Shown here in pieces: positions 1 through 12,752 of a stretch of DNA of 63,836 nt. Within the stretch, counting starts at the first letter, position 1; each line of letters opens with the position of its first letter. The notes under the pieces are model-generated. The model made no database searches, was not told the DNA's origin, and saw only the letters and a program-made list of their open reading frames with translations. Origin of the DNA: Rotaria magnacalcarata (lineage: Eukaryota); contig CBCSLL010000228.1 in NCBI GenBank assembly GCA_965140935.1, forward strand, positions 14,084 through 77,919, in the 5' to 3' direction. Made by a program: the position numbers and the translations under genes.

Positions 1-794
1 TGTTGGCTACAACTAGTTCGCGGACATTCGAGTAGAAGTTCATCATCGATGATGCCAAAAGGTTTTGCACACATTGCACACCATGGATGAATCTTGCACA
101 AACAAGAATAAAATTTAGTTGCGTATTTGTTATAAAAGAAATACATACAAATTTAATAAATATGTCTTTATGTCGGCTGTTTTTTTTGTGGTTTGGGCAC
201 ACTCGTTAATAAACTTTCTGAATCGTTCTCATCAAAATATGTTAAAATTGCATTATCATTGTCGAATTGTCCATCTTTATAAAGGGCGAAAGCATCGGCT
301 TTCAATTGGTCTATTGAATCGTACTTTTTCTTATTCAATATTTTCTCCTCTGAGAGACAGAAGACAGAAAATTTGCTATCGTTTGCCTTCTGGGAAATTG
401 AAGTTCGATTTGCGATAGTGGGTTCACTAGCGATGGACAATGCAACCCCATTTGAAGTATTTTCTTGTGGTTGATTGTTCATAATAGAAGACTAGTTGAT
501 GAAATTGTTTTCGAACTTATCTGATGGTAAAGACTCGAAAGCGGTGTTAATTATATACAAAAGTCGTGGCAAGAAAAATAAATAGTGGATGGATTCTTGG
601 AAAGTACACTGTGATATGAGTTTTTTAACGCACTGATAAGCAAAATAGGTAAACATGTAAATCTTAGTATATTTATCTTTCACCGTTTTATCTTCATTAT
701 CATCAGGTAGCTTAAGTTATTTTGGAAATTATCAACCTCGTCGTTGACTAATGCAAACAAGTTTTTTCATTTATCTATCCAAATATAAAATTCT

Positions 795-868
795 TGAGGG
801 TGTGGATGTGGGTGTGTTGGCAGAGAGATATGCACGCAAAGCGACACCCACACCCACACCCACACCCT
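795..868. repeat. GT-rich / CA-rich inverted repeat hairpin
   Basis: 'GGGTGTGGATGTGGGTGTG' (797-815) and 'CACCCACACCCACACCCACACCC' (846-868) are reverse complements. They are separated by approx 30 bp. Confidence 0.7.
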
Positions 869-1289
869 AAGCAACGTGAAACACTTAACATCCGGCACCA
901 TATTCATGACGATGTCTTACATCTAATTATTCAATCTAAAAGTTCTAAAAAAATAATGTTGTAAATCCCCATCACTATACCGGAAAGCACATGTTTTTAG
1001 TTTTTTCACAACAAAACCAAAGTAACACATCCATTAACGAAAACTTCTCCTAAAGAAAGTCTAAAAAGCATCTAAAATATCAAGTTATGATGTTCATGAT
1101 TTAATGGAAGATGAATAATTCATACTGAAAGGTTTCAAATTGACAAAAATGAATGAATATTCAGCAGCTTACATGATAGAACTTAGAAAAAGAGTACGCA
1201 GAAACAGCCTTAGATAATTAATTCTATAGTCAATGCGCCAAGTTTGAGTGGCCGACATTTCTAAAAGTGAAAACAGATAAAATATGAAT

Positions 1290-2100
1290 CATTTAAACGA
1301 ATCAAAAATAGTAAACTCATACGTTTAAACGGTTAAAAGCTGAAAAGCAAAAGAGACAAGTAATTTTGTTACCTTATATGAGTCCAAATGAAGAAAAGTT
1401 AATGTTAAAACGATTGAAATCTTCAAAATAATAACACGTAATAATTTGAAGCATTTAAACGTGACAGAAATGATAATTTTGAGCGTTTAAACAATAAACA
1501 ATTCTGGATGAAGGCATGCAAAGAATTTCATTGGACAGCGATGATGAAATTTATTGAACGATGATGTTTAAGCGATTAAATTCTTAATAGTAAAATAGCA
1601 AGATATTTATAGTCGTTTTCACGAGTGTGTATACCTGAAACAATGCGTTTAAATTAAGAAAATTCGGGGAGATATAGGTATGAAAAAATATTTAACATTT
1701 TTTTGGCTCTAGAGTAACATGGATTCACTGTTAAAACGACTAAGTTTAACAGGAAAATGGTGAAAGATAAATGTGGAGCAAAAAACGCATTATGTATTTC
1801 CTTTGGAAGGATGAGCATGATTAATAAAAGATGTCAATCTGGCCGTAATATTAATGGAATTAAAAACGTTCTGATAATTTGTATTACTGATGGCTAGCAT
1901 CCGTTTTTAGTAAAGTGAACATGTAAATGATCAGAAAGTCTCTCTTTCAAGCGTGAAAACGCACAAAAAGATTTCATTTGTTAAAAGTGGTCATGTTAAC
2001 AGGAAGAGGTGAAGATTTGTAGGCGTTTACACGACCACTTTTTTTTAAACGCGTGCGGACGCACAGAAAAGTCCTTTTTGTTACGTTTAAACGCGTTTTT
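1290..2100. repeat. Cluster of the palindromic motif (C/G/A)GTTTAAAC(G), approx 8 occurrences in approx 800 bp of non-coding DNA
   Basis: Occurrences: ATTTAAACGAATC (1292), ACGTTTAAACGG (1322), GCATTTAAACGTG (1449), GCGTTTAAACAAT (1483), GTTTAAGCG (1566), GCGTTTAAATT (1646), GCGTTTACACG (2023), TTTTAAACGCG (2042), ACGTTTAAACGCG (2083). Confidence 0.5.
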
Positions 2101-2491
2101 GAACATTCTTGTCTGCTTGGGTATATAACCCACTGTTGATGTTGACATTGAATCAATCAATATTTTAAAATCTCAGCTGTATAGTAAAACCTGTTTACGT
2201 ATTAAGTGTTCCATAAATCAATTAAGGTTTGAGATATTTTTATTATACAAGTGAAAAGTTATTTTTTTAAAAACGTAAGTACAATAAGATCATTGAAAAA
2301 GGGAGAACTCATTAAATTTGTTGCCTTAAAATATCATAACAATTGGTGTTGATGGTAATTTTTGAACATTATAGTTTCGGGAACATCTTGTTCAGTATCT
2401 TTTACTTCGTTATTAAATTCTTCAGGTTTGTATGTTCGAAGATAGACAAGTCAAAGTATTGGACTTGCCATAAATGTAGTTGCAAGCGCCA

Positions 2492-3891
2492 TTATAAAAA
2501 AAACATAGTAAAGAGGCCAGGTGAAAGAATATTAAGTTGAAGGTCAATATTTAATGCAATAAGTTCTACTAAACCTCGCGTATTCATTAGTATACCAACG
2601 CTTGTTGAAAATCTCCATGAACGATGTGTTACACATTTGGTCATCAAAGTTGCTGGCAGAAATTTAATCAACGTAGCAACAGCAAAAATAAGTACAGTTA
2701 TACCACCATGCAATGGATCATTTAACGAACCTAAACTTGTTCTCATGCCACTGGCAGCAAAAAGAATGGTAGTAATAATTCAACCGTGACCAATTCTATT
2801 TTCTCAAATAATTCAACAGTAAATCGTCCTGATTTTGGATATATCACACCGACAGTAAATGCACCGAAAAATGAATGTATACCAAGTGTATCGGAAAAAA
2901 AGATGATCCAAGAAGAAGAAGAAATATACCAATAAGAAATGAATGATTCATTTCAATATTACGTTGAATTAAAAGTGCATGTACTCGATTAATGGACCAT
3001 CGAACAATAGTAAACATAAAGAGAACATAACCAACAGAAATTAAAATCACCCTATGGATATATATCACAAAAGTTTTTTGTTAATCATTAACGTCTATTT
3101 TGAGTGTTTACTATACTTACCAGAAGCTAACAATACCTGACCCTTTGGCAAATGCGCCAGCAAGAGCCATGAACACCAACCCATCACGTCGTTCATTGCT
3201 GCACAACTAACTGTTAGAGTACCAAATGGCTACGATAAAAGTTTAGCCGATGTAAGAATAGATGCCAGTACAGGAAAAGCAGTAGATGACATAATTACTC
3301 GATGCTGCAAATAGAATGAATGCAATTCTATCGGGCGGTTTAAATCCATCGCGATTATTAATGTCATACAAATAGATAGAAAGTGCTGCACCAGCACCAT
3401 ATGGTACAATAATAGTAGCAATAGATATTGGAAGTGAATCTTCCCACCGACGTTTAAGTTGTTTCTGTTCAAGCTCTAGACCTAAATTGAACATGAATAA
3501 AATAAGACCAATGTCGCCAACTAATGTAACATAGTTTCACGATGATGGAGGAAATACACGTGTCGATCAAAAGTCACTAGTGCCCAATACTGAATGACCA
3601 ATGATAACTCCAACAATAATCTCGCCGATGACCTATATTCATGATGTATAAAAATCAAAAAACTATATAGGATTCATCTCTTACTGGTGGTTGTTTGATC
3701 AATGCAAGTAACCATCCCATAATGCGAACAAGTAGAAGAATAATAAAGATTTGCATGAGAAAACGTGCCCAATAGTTAACATCCAATGATGGATCCGCAA
3801 ATATATCGACTATGAGAGTATGCTTCTTGCTGTCTGAGAGAAAGAGAGTGCATGCAAGCATGCATGAATGTTTTGTATATTTATATTGCAC
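2492..3891 (-). CDS. Cation/H+ antiporter (CPA / Na_H_Exchanger-domain protein); multi-exon gene, exon blocks approx 3655-3891, 3243-3494, 2844-3068, 2492-2746
   Basis: Minus-strand ORF blocks translate to antiporter-like segments: 'RIMGWLLALIKQPPV' near the N-terminus, 'LGLELEQKQLKRRWEDSLPISIATIIVPYGAGAALSIYLY', and 'GILMNTRGLVELIALNIDLQ', which is the conserved CPA2 motif. The blocks are separated by short introns. Exon boundaries and the 5' end are not resolved. Confidence 0.6.
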
Positions 3892-5135
3892 AAGACATCA
3901 GACCAGCAACCGGTTAAAAAACCAGCTACTCAATCATCTTCTATTTCGATCACGCACAGTGAGATTGAGTGAGTGTAAAAGGTAACCTTTTCCTTTGGAG
4001 TTATTTTTTATTTCTTTCATTCTGTATTTGTTGCCTCTTCTTGATTTTCCTCTCCTATTCATAGTAAATGCAGTAATAGTTGAGAATCGTTCGATCTATA
4101 ATAAACTTTTCTAGGGTATGCAAAAAACATATAGAAGTTGCGCACGTGACAGTATTCATTCTACTGAAATTGATTGCATTTCATTCCATTGATTGTACTG
4201 ATTCGCTATTCGCTCCGTGTAAAAGAACAGGTAGAGAAGAGAACATTACAGACAAGATCACATAGTGTAGAACGTGAAAGAGACGATGTCAGATGAAGAA
4301 TATATGTCATTCACCTATAAACTAATCGATATAGGTTCTGTGAAAATTTTTACAATAGCGTATAATGTATTACAGCTTCTATTTATTTTTGTCTCGGAGG
4401 ATGTATCGAATCAAAATGAGCATTTAGAAAAATAATTTTAATTTATTTAAAAAAAAATCAATGCTACTTAATCAAACCCTAACCACGCGTTTGTGGACCG
4501 AATACACCATGCGAAAGCTAATCATCGATTTTTTCTTATAAAATATTTCTTTCAGTATTGCCTGGCTTTCGATTACAAGTTTTCGAAAATATCGGAATTA
4601 TCAGTCGAATTGCAAACCACAGTATTACAGTTAAGATCAGTTAATGTTAGACCGGAGGACATAGTCTACTGAATACAAATCGAAAATATTTGCTGGAGTT
4701 TAACTTCAAATTCAAACTATTTTCTCTTTCGATCTACGAAGAACATACATTTCGAACATGATAATATATTGTGATGTAAAAAAAATAATGCAAAAATGTT
4801 GCTCTCTAGCTCTAGCGTTAGAAGAATTTTTGCGCAGAGGTCCTGTTCATCGTGCTACTTTAAAGATTTCGAAAATTTATGATCGAAATAAGTACCATGA
4901 TAACTTAAGAAAGATGACACAAATAGAAGAGGTCGCTCGAATTTCTCGTTCAAATATTTTCTATTGGACTATAACACGACGTTAGACATCGTATGATAAT
5001 TGAAGACTTGACTGTGTACTATTATATAAGTTAAAGAATCGACAACTTATTAACCTGGTAGCACATACGATCAAGGTTTTTTATGCATTGAATCGATAAA
5101 TATTGAAATAATATGTCTCTTTTTTAGGCTGTACT

Positions 5136-5142
5136 TATAAAT
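5136..5142 (+). promoter_or_regulatory. TATA-box-like element (TATAAAT) upstream of HINT1
   Basis: It lies 58 bp upstream of the HINT1 ATG at 5200, the position expected if the 5'UTR is short. Confidence 0.3.
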
Positions 5143-5199
5143 TAGATCCTTCTTTCATTTGTGGAATAAAAATCTATTTTAAATATTTTTCAGATAGTT

Positions 5200-5691
<492 letters not shown>

Positions 5692-6071
5692 CGACTATTT
5701 TTGTTTTTCAATAGAACAAAAAACAGACTTCTTTTTTTTTAAGGGTGATAGTTTCCTACTTTTGTTCATTAAATCCAGAATAACCAAATGAAACTGTTTT
5801 TTCGATTAAAAGAGAATAAAAAAAAATAATCTCTATTGAGATATAGAAGATTAATGCAAAATTCGAGTCGATTTAGTAACTTAAAAGAATTTTTGGACGC
5901 TTTCTATGTAGCAAACAACATAGTATTTGAATTTTATTTATTGATTGATCGTAATAGATCCATTTGAAAATCTAAATGCTATAGTTTCGTTTATTTTAAT
6001 ATTGTCGAATAGACATCAAATATTTATCACAGAAAGACATTAATTCGAAAGCAACCTGGATGTAAGTTGTA

Positions 6072-8365
6072 TTACATCCAACCGACCGGATAGCCTCTTG
6101 CTAAATTTTCAGCTTTTAACCATGTATGCAATGGTTCGAAAAAGTCCAATATAGCTTTTGATTCTAATCTATCTTCGTCTGTTAAAACTTTTAAAATGTC
6201 TTGCCATGATTTTGAACTTCCCATAGCTAACATTTTTTTAAATCTGGCGCCGACAAATTTATTACCATATATATCGCACATATGCAATCGTTCCGTGACT
6301 CCTTGTAGTCGACACATAGCACGATAGAATTGAAATTGAAGAATATGAGCAATGAAATATCGTAAATAAGGAACATTCGATGGTATATGATATTTTGCAC
6401 CTGCGTCAAAATTTACTTTATCACTTCGATCTACAGCTGCCATTACGCCGCCATATTCGACACGTAAGGCCCACCACTGAGAATTTAATTCATATTCACG
6501 ATCGATTTGACCACGGAAAAGTAAAAATCGATATTTATCCATAATATAGCCAAATGGTAGAAAAGCAACTTTTTGTAATGCTAGACGAAATAGAAAATTG
6601 ATTTCGTAATGTTGATTCACAGCTTCTTCATCAAGAAAACCCAATCTTATTAAATGAGACGGTGAAACTAATAATAAATTTATAAAAAAATAAATAAATC
6701 ATTCAGTCAATAAACAAATCTTACTTGCATACATTCCAATGGTATCTCCAATGGCTTCATGAAAACCCGAATTAGCACCATCTCGATAAGCAAATGGTTG
6801 TTTTTCACCGTAAGCCATATAATATTCTACATGGCCCATTTCATGATGAATAGTATAGAAATAATCATCGTCAATTTCAGTACAAATTTTAACACGATAA
6901 TCATCATGATATCCCATATCGGACGCAGATGGATGACAAACAACATCACGGTCAGTTGGTTTTGTAAATAAACTACGAGCCCAAAATTTCGGTGTCATTG
7001 GATAAAGACCAATCGACGTAAAAAACGACTCGGATGTTGTATACATCTGATGAGTCGTAAACTTTTTCTTGGTTAACACTTCTGTTATATTAACTAGAGG
7101 CGCATCCGGATAAGGTATCAAATCATCAAAACGATCATGCCATGTTTGAGCCCACATATTACCTGAAAAAGATTGTAAATTAAATTTTCATATAAACAAT
7201 AAGAAACCAACCAAGAATATGTGCTGGAATAGGTCCATTACAACTAAAACGATTTGGATACATTGAACATAAACGACCTCGAACATACGCGTGTAGTTGT
7301 TCATATAATGGCATAATGTCTTTTAAGAGTTGATCAATAGTACCTTCGAATTCTACAACGCCACCCATCTCATAATCTTTAATCCAATATTCCTGATAAA
7401 GAAAAAACGTTTGATAAACGCATTCAACCATTTATAATTTAAATCAAATATTTACAGATAGATCAGTATATCCATTTTCTTTGATATTTTTATTCAATAG
7501 ATCAATATAAGATAAATAAACTGGACGAACTTTATTTCCACATTCATCGTGCCAGCCTTTCCATGCCCATGTTAAACGATCATAATCTTTTTCAACTTGC
7601 ATAACCCGTTCTAAATACGGCGCAAGTGCGTAACATTTTCCAGGATCACTTGATTCGCAAACCTTTGCGACTGCATAAATATTTTCTAGTTTTGCATGTA
7701 ATTTAGACGCTTTTTTCAACTCAACCATATTATCACTGACTACGCCTGTTGCTAAACGGCCGAATATACGTTTTAAATCGCCATTTTCGGATTCTTTTAA
7801 ATTTTCATTAAATTCTTTTGCTATTGGTACTACTTTATGACTAAACGGCGATTGAAGGAGACTTTGAGCAGTCATTAATTTTTGATTTTCTTCAGTGATA
7901 TTTGTCTCATAATTCCAGTGAAGATGTGCACTTACCTAAATAGAAGAAGAAGAAGGAAAAACTGATATAAATAAATTCCATTGTATTTAATTTTAATTTT
8001 ACTTGATGATGGCGTTGTGCTATACGAAAATACCATTTTAGCCATGCTGTTGCAGTCACTTCATCTGAATAATCGGTAATTGTTGGCATTGTTTTTTCAT
8101 CCTCTGCATTTAATCTATTCCATAATTCAACATTTACACGATCATTAGGATCCACTTGTGGCTCTATATTAAGCGAATCTGGATTATTATCATTATTTGC
8201 GTCGAATGTAATTGGTTCGTCAAAGTCATCGGTAAGATGTAATTTCAAAATATCTAACAGTTGTTCGAATCGTCTGTCAAAATGATGGTTACGTTTTTGA
8301 TATGATGTTGAAAATTCAAATGAAGAAATAAATAAAAGACTAACAATAATAATACAATTTTTCAT
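6072..8365 (-). CDS. Angiotensin-converting enzyme-like peptidyl-dipeptidase (peptidase family M2), single catalytic domain; exon model join(8003..8365, 7456..7935, 7212..7392, 6725..7162, 6072..6661) on minus strand
   Basis: The translation contains 'HHEMGHVEYYMAYGEKQPFAYRDGANSGFHEAIGDTIG' (HEMGH zinc-binding motif plus the downstream EAIGD third ligand region). Other ACE-like segments are 'GPIPAHILG|NMWAQTWHD', 'NYETNITEENQKL', 'FLFRLALQKVAFLPFGY' and 'FDAGAKYHIPSNVPYLRYFIAHILQFQFYRAMC'. Exon 1 carries an N-terminal hydrophobic signal peptide, 'MKNCIIIVSLLFISS'. All five exons are phase-consistent, total 2052 nt (683 aa). Introns are 45-67 bp with GTAAAA/GTAAAT/GTTGGT/GTAAGA donors. Confidence 0.85.
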
Positions 8366-9698
8366 TGTATTTTATTTTTGTAAAATCTAAAACATAATTT
8401 TCTAATAGAAATACTATTGCAGCCTTTTCTCGATCATAGTTATGAATTGTACATTCTAATGAAATATGTACTTACTGATTGTGTACGTTTTTCTTTTTTA
8501 TATGTTATATACACCCACGCAACGAAAATAAAACAAAATGAGGAAGGTATCAGCATGTTTATGAATGCTTTTCAACCAATATTATGCTATTATTTAATAC
8601 CGAAAATGAATCGATCGTTAGATTCTTTTTGCATGGTTCTGGTTATTAACAAGTTTATAAGCCGCATATAAATATTACAAGGTTTGCTGTTTTTTTCATT
8701 ATATGATTCCTGTACAATTATTTATAGTATACCCCAACGGGCATAGTCGAATTTTTTCTTCTCATACTTACGTGATTCGTTGTGCACAACTACACATGTC
8801 AGAGAAAAAACGATTCTCTGTTACCACCATTTTGCGACCAAGCTCTGTATACGTGTATATTTTTTTCTTCTCCTATTCCTACGCTTTTTTCTTTCTGTAC
8901 ATATACAGAATAAGAATATTATTCGTATGTATTGATACCGCTGTCATCATCCAGCGCTACCAAAATGATGACAGGCTTATGTTGATGCTTAAGGTTCTGT
9001 TTAACAATATTATCGTTTCGTTTGTTCTATGGCAAAATAACAAGCTTTGTTCAATATTTTTTTCTGTCATCTACGCTATTAAACTTCTAAAGATTGGTTG
9101 TATATAATGATTCATTCGTGTCGACTCTTGATGTCATTTGTTGAAAAGAAAATCGTGATGATTAATGCATTAGGAGCGACAAGTGTTAACAGTTATCAGA
9201 AGTTTCTATTCTATTACGCAGAAGAAATGCATTCATATATGTAGTATGTACATGAAAATCATTGGCTGTTTTCTATTTTACATAATGATGACATTGTTGA
9301 TAAACTTTGAGTTGTTGACTGTTTTTAAAAGATGATAGATTTAGATATATTTTCTTTATTTTAATAAACATAGACAAAAAGAAGAAGAAGAAGATGGATA
9401 TAGCTATAATTATGTACTAAATGTTTTATTTATTTATTGGATACACACAAATATATGATTAAAAAAGTTTGCTTGTTGTTATTGTAGAAATCGTCTTGTT
9501 CATCAACGTTTATTTGTTCAAGGCTAAAAATTAAAAGAATAAAAATAAATAAGAAAATTAAAAAAAAAATAAAGTGAAAGGAAAAATGACATGCAATGTG
9601 ACTTTCTAACAAATAGAAAAAAAAGACGAAAACTTACTCGATAAAATGCATTTAACTATATTACATTGATTCATAAGAGTTCGTTTTAACTATGGGCT

Positions 9699-11315
9699 TT
9701 AATTAATACTAACCTGTTTTTCCATTTGCAATTGTTGCATTGTTTTCGCTGGTGGTGTATTAGTAAAGAATAAGTCACGTGTTGTTTTCGCTGGTTTTGA
9801 AGATAGACCGAGCAAATCAAGATCACCAAATGGATTCGAAACCGTTGGTGGAGCAATCGGTGAAGCAGAACTAGGAGTTAACAAATTTGCTTGTGCTTGT
9901 GCTTGTGCTTGTGGAGGAGGAGGAGGCATCGATGTATATCCCATTGTCTGAGGTGGTTGATTATACATTGGTGTAGTGTTATAACCCATCGATTGTGTGT
10001 AATAACCAGTAGTTGGATTAATCACTGGTAGAGAAGGTATCGGTGTCGGTGCCGTATTAAACCATGGATCCGACAATGGATTATTATTTGCGACAGGAAC
10101 CGTAGCTTGAGGAATCACTGTTGCCGTTGTTAGTCCACCGAATATATCGGCCAATGGCTACATATTTAGAGAAAAAAAATTGCTGTGAATAAGTCAAATA
10201 CGTATGTTAAATGTTTCCTTTCTTTTTCGTTTACTACACTTCACACCAAATATGATAAGATAAAATTATGTAAAAGAAAACCTAAAACATTCTTAATTTG
10301 AAAATCTTACGTCAATTGATTGTGGAGGTGGTGGTGCTTGTGTAACAACGGCAGGAGTGTCATTGAAATTGAATAAATCATCAATTGGTGTCTGACTTGG
10401 TTGTGCGATTGTTGTAGTAGTAGTAGTAGTAGTGCTTTCTCCCCAAAGATCACCATCAAGAACTGATGGCTAAAAGCAAAATAAATGAGTTGTCTTTAAA
10501 AAAAACTAAATTAATCAAACAGAAAACTCACGGCAGCAGTTGGAGGAACATCGGGTGTTAAAAACAGTGGTTGTGGTGGTGTTGGTGGTTGTGGAGAAAC
10601 AGGCACAGTTGGTGTTGGTGGAAAGGCAGTAGCGACTGGTACTGGTGTCTAAACAGGATTTTAAAAATAGTTTAATAATTGAAAGTTTCTAGAATTGATC
10701 TATACTTGTGCTGGAGCAGGCTGCACCGGAGATGATTCTGGTACAGCTGGTGGTTGATTTGCTTCTCTAGCTTTTTCAGCATTTGTAAATTGTTCAAAAG
10801 CAAATTCAAATAGCTCTTTAAGTGCAAGCACAGTTACAGCAGCTGCTCGCTCGGTTTTGATAGCCCAAAATTGATGGCGATCATCAGTAGTATTATAAAT
10901 ATATCCAAATGCTCGTGTATCCCGAGGATCAATAACAACAAATGATATACGCTCAATTTCATGAGTAGCTATTGATGCCTAATATGTCAACGAGAAAAAA
11001 ATTAAAAACAAAAAGCTTTCTTTCTTAAAATACTTTAGTGGCGTCATCGATAATTTTAACAGCAGTTGTAGTTAAGTTCATTTGAACTTTTTGTTTGTGT
11101 TCTCCGCGAGCGCGCACAACAGCTTTGAGTTTAAACATCGAATCGAGACAAATTTTTTCATCGCGATCAATCGATAAATCCTCCATACCAATGAGTTTAG
11201 CTTTAAATGGAAGTCCTTCACCTTCGAATTTTTTCCCATTTGAACCATTTGCTGTCGTTGCAGCAGATTTGACTTCATTGTCTTTTGTCGGTGTTGCTGC
11301 TGGAGTCTCTGGCAT
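9699..11315 (-). CDS. Disabled (Dab1/Dab2)-like PTB-domain adaptor protein; approx 5 coding exons (11044-11315, approx 10706-10976, approx 10533-10647, approx 10327-10476, 9699-approx 10157)
   Basis: The N-terminal exon gives 'MPETPAATPTKDNEVKSA...FEGEGLPFKAKLIGMEDLSIDRDEKICLDSMFKLKAVVRARGEHKQKVQMNLTTTAVKIIDDATK'. Exon 2 gives 'ASIATHEIERISFVVIDPRDTRAFGYIYNTTDDRHQFWAIKTERAAAVTVLALKELFEFAFEQF'. Together these match the Dab PTB domain almost position-for-position against the vertebrate Dab1 segment FKAKLIGIDEV...CQDSMMKLKG...GEHKQKI. The C-terminal exons are Pro/Thr/Gln-rich and contain coding (QA)n and poly-Thr microsatellites. Confidence 0.8.
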
Positions 11316-12036
11316 CTTTGTATAACTCGTGATTGTTGCTAAATGAATAAAAAAAAACAAAAAGACAAAAAAAATGCAACATGGGTCAATATAAGTGAAA
11401 ATGATAAGAGATTTCTTTTTCTTCGTATGTTGATATCTGTTGCTTATTCATTTGAAGATATTTGAGAAAGACAGAGATAAAATAAAAACTAAATGCGTTG
11501 ACTATTTGCTGCAAGAAAAACGAAGCAACAAAAGAAACAAAGAGATAACTAGATACATGCGAGTGTCTAAGTAAATATTTGAAGTGAAGATGAAAAATGT
11601 GCTTCCTACTAATTCAGAAAATGTTCTTTGGAGATCTTCATTTCTTATAATAGATTTCAATAAGTAAATAAATCACTTAGAGAGTAAAAGAAATAAAATT
11701 CGTCTCAGAAAATTTATAGCGATTTTCCATCGTAGAATTCGAATCTTTGACAAATCGTATATACACTCTTGAATTTTGTATTTATGGATAAAATCTATGT
11801 AGAGGAGCTACTAAATCTCTCTACTGATCAATAAAAGTGTGTAGTTATCTCGTTGGTGGAGTTATGCGACAAATTAAATTTCGTACATCGTTATCCAACA
11901 GATATTTCAGTTATTTTTCGATGCGCTTTTCTCTATGAAACAAGGTAAGTTATAATTGAAGTGAGTTCATCCGGTTTATCGTTTCTGTGGGAAACGATAG
12001 AAAAAAGCTTCGAACTTCTCCGATCCCTATACGTCT

Positions 12037-12165
12037 ACGTCCTTTCTATAAGTCTTTATCTTGTACATATGTATCTGCATCTCCTAACCTATACATCGAA
12101 ATCCCTACATCTAAATATTTACGTCTTAATCTAATATGTCCAAATCTTTACATCAAAATAATACA
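12037..12165. repeat. Degenerate approx 12-bp satellite array (unit approx TACGTCTAAATC), orientation 1
   Basis: Run of approx 10 degenerate units: 'TACGTCTACGTCC', 'CTACATCTAAATATTTACGTCTTAATCTAATATGTCCAAATCTTTACATC' and so on. Confidence 0.6.
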
Positions 12166-12582
12166 GATAAATCCTCACGCTCCTTCTAGGTTACCCTATC
12201 TGACGATCCCATGGGATTTTAACAATATCACCTGGTATGCTAGTAACATCATGTAGGATGCTAGCAGCACCTGTGAAGCAGCAGAATCCAAATTCGTATG
12301 TTAAACTCCACGATGGCTAAAGGTAGATGCCGCTGTGTACATAGAGACAAGCGTTGGTCGCGACACTAAAATAAAAGGTTGTGGGGTTACTCATTGCTTT
12401 CCTATGCATAATCTTGCATTACATATAATTGTGCGCTATTGTTTCTTTTTTTTTCCTGAGTTTACGTGGGACTTAATTCGAATTGAACAATTGATATGAA
12501 TCTCAGGTAATGTCTCTAGCATTCCAAGTGAGGGTCAGGGAGGGAATAATCATGGATGGGCATAAAGATTTATCGATGCTGG

Positions 12583-12752
12583 TTTAGACGTGCTAGATTA
12601 GAATGTACAGATTAGAACGTATAAGATTTAGACGTATAGATTAGGACATATCTGATTTAGACGTACAGATTTGGATATGATAAATAAATTTGTACTGAGA
12701 AAACAATAACTGTGACTGAAGTATCAGTTTATTGGCGATTTAGACGTACTTC
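12583..12752. repeat. Degenerate approx 12-bp satellite array (unit approx GATTTAGACGTA), opposite orientation to 12037-12165
   Basis: 'GTTTAGACGTGCTAGATTAGAATGTACAGATTAGAACGTATAAGATTTAGACGTATAGATTAGGACATATCTGATTTAGACGTACAGATTTGGATATG', plus an extra unit 'GATTTAGACGTAC' at approx 12738. This is the reverse complement of the unit in the 12037-12165 array. Confidence 0.65.

Noticed and set aside
168-482. 104-aa minus-strand ORF at the window start (MNNQPQENTSNGVALSIASEPTIANRTSISQKANDSKF...)
   Set aside because: It could be the first exon of a gene extending beyond the window, but I recognise no domain, and flanking splice signals cannot be evaluated at the window edge. I left it unannotated.
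4758-4985. 75-aa ORF upstream of HINT1 on the same strand
   Set aside because: No homolog recognised. It may be a uORF or chance ORF, and it is not connected to HINT1 by any plausible splice.
8417-9612. ORFs 8417-8671, 8703-9107, 9430-9612 between ACE and Dab
   Set aside because: They are highly hydrophobic, low-complexity translations (poly-F/I/L) of AT-rich intergenic / UTR sequence. They have no splice or promoter support.
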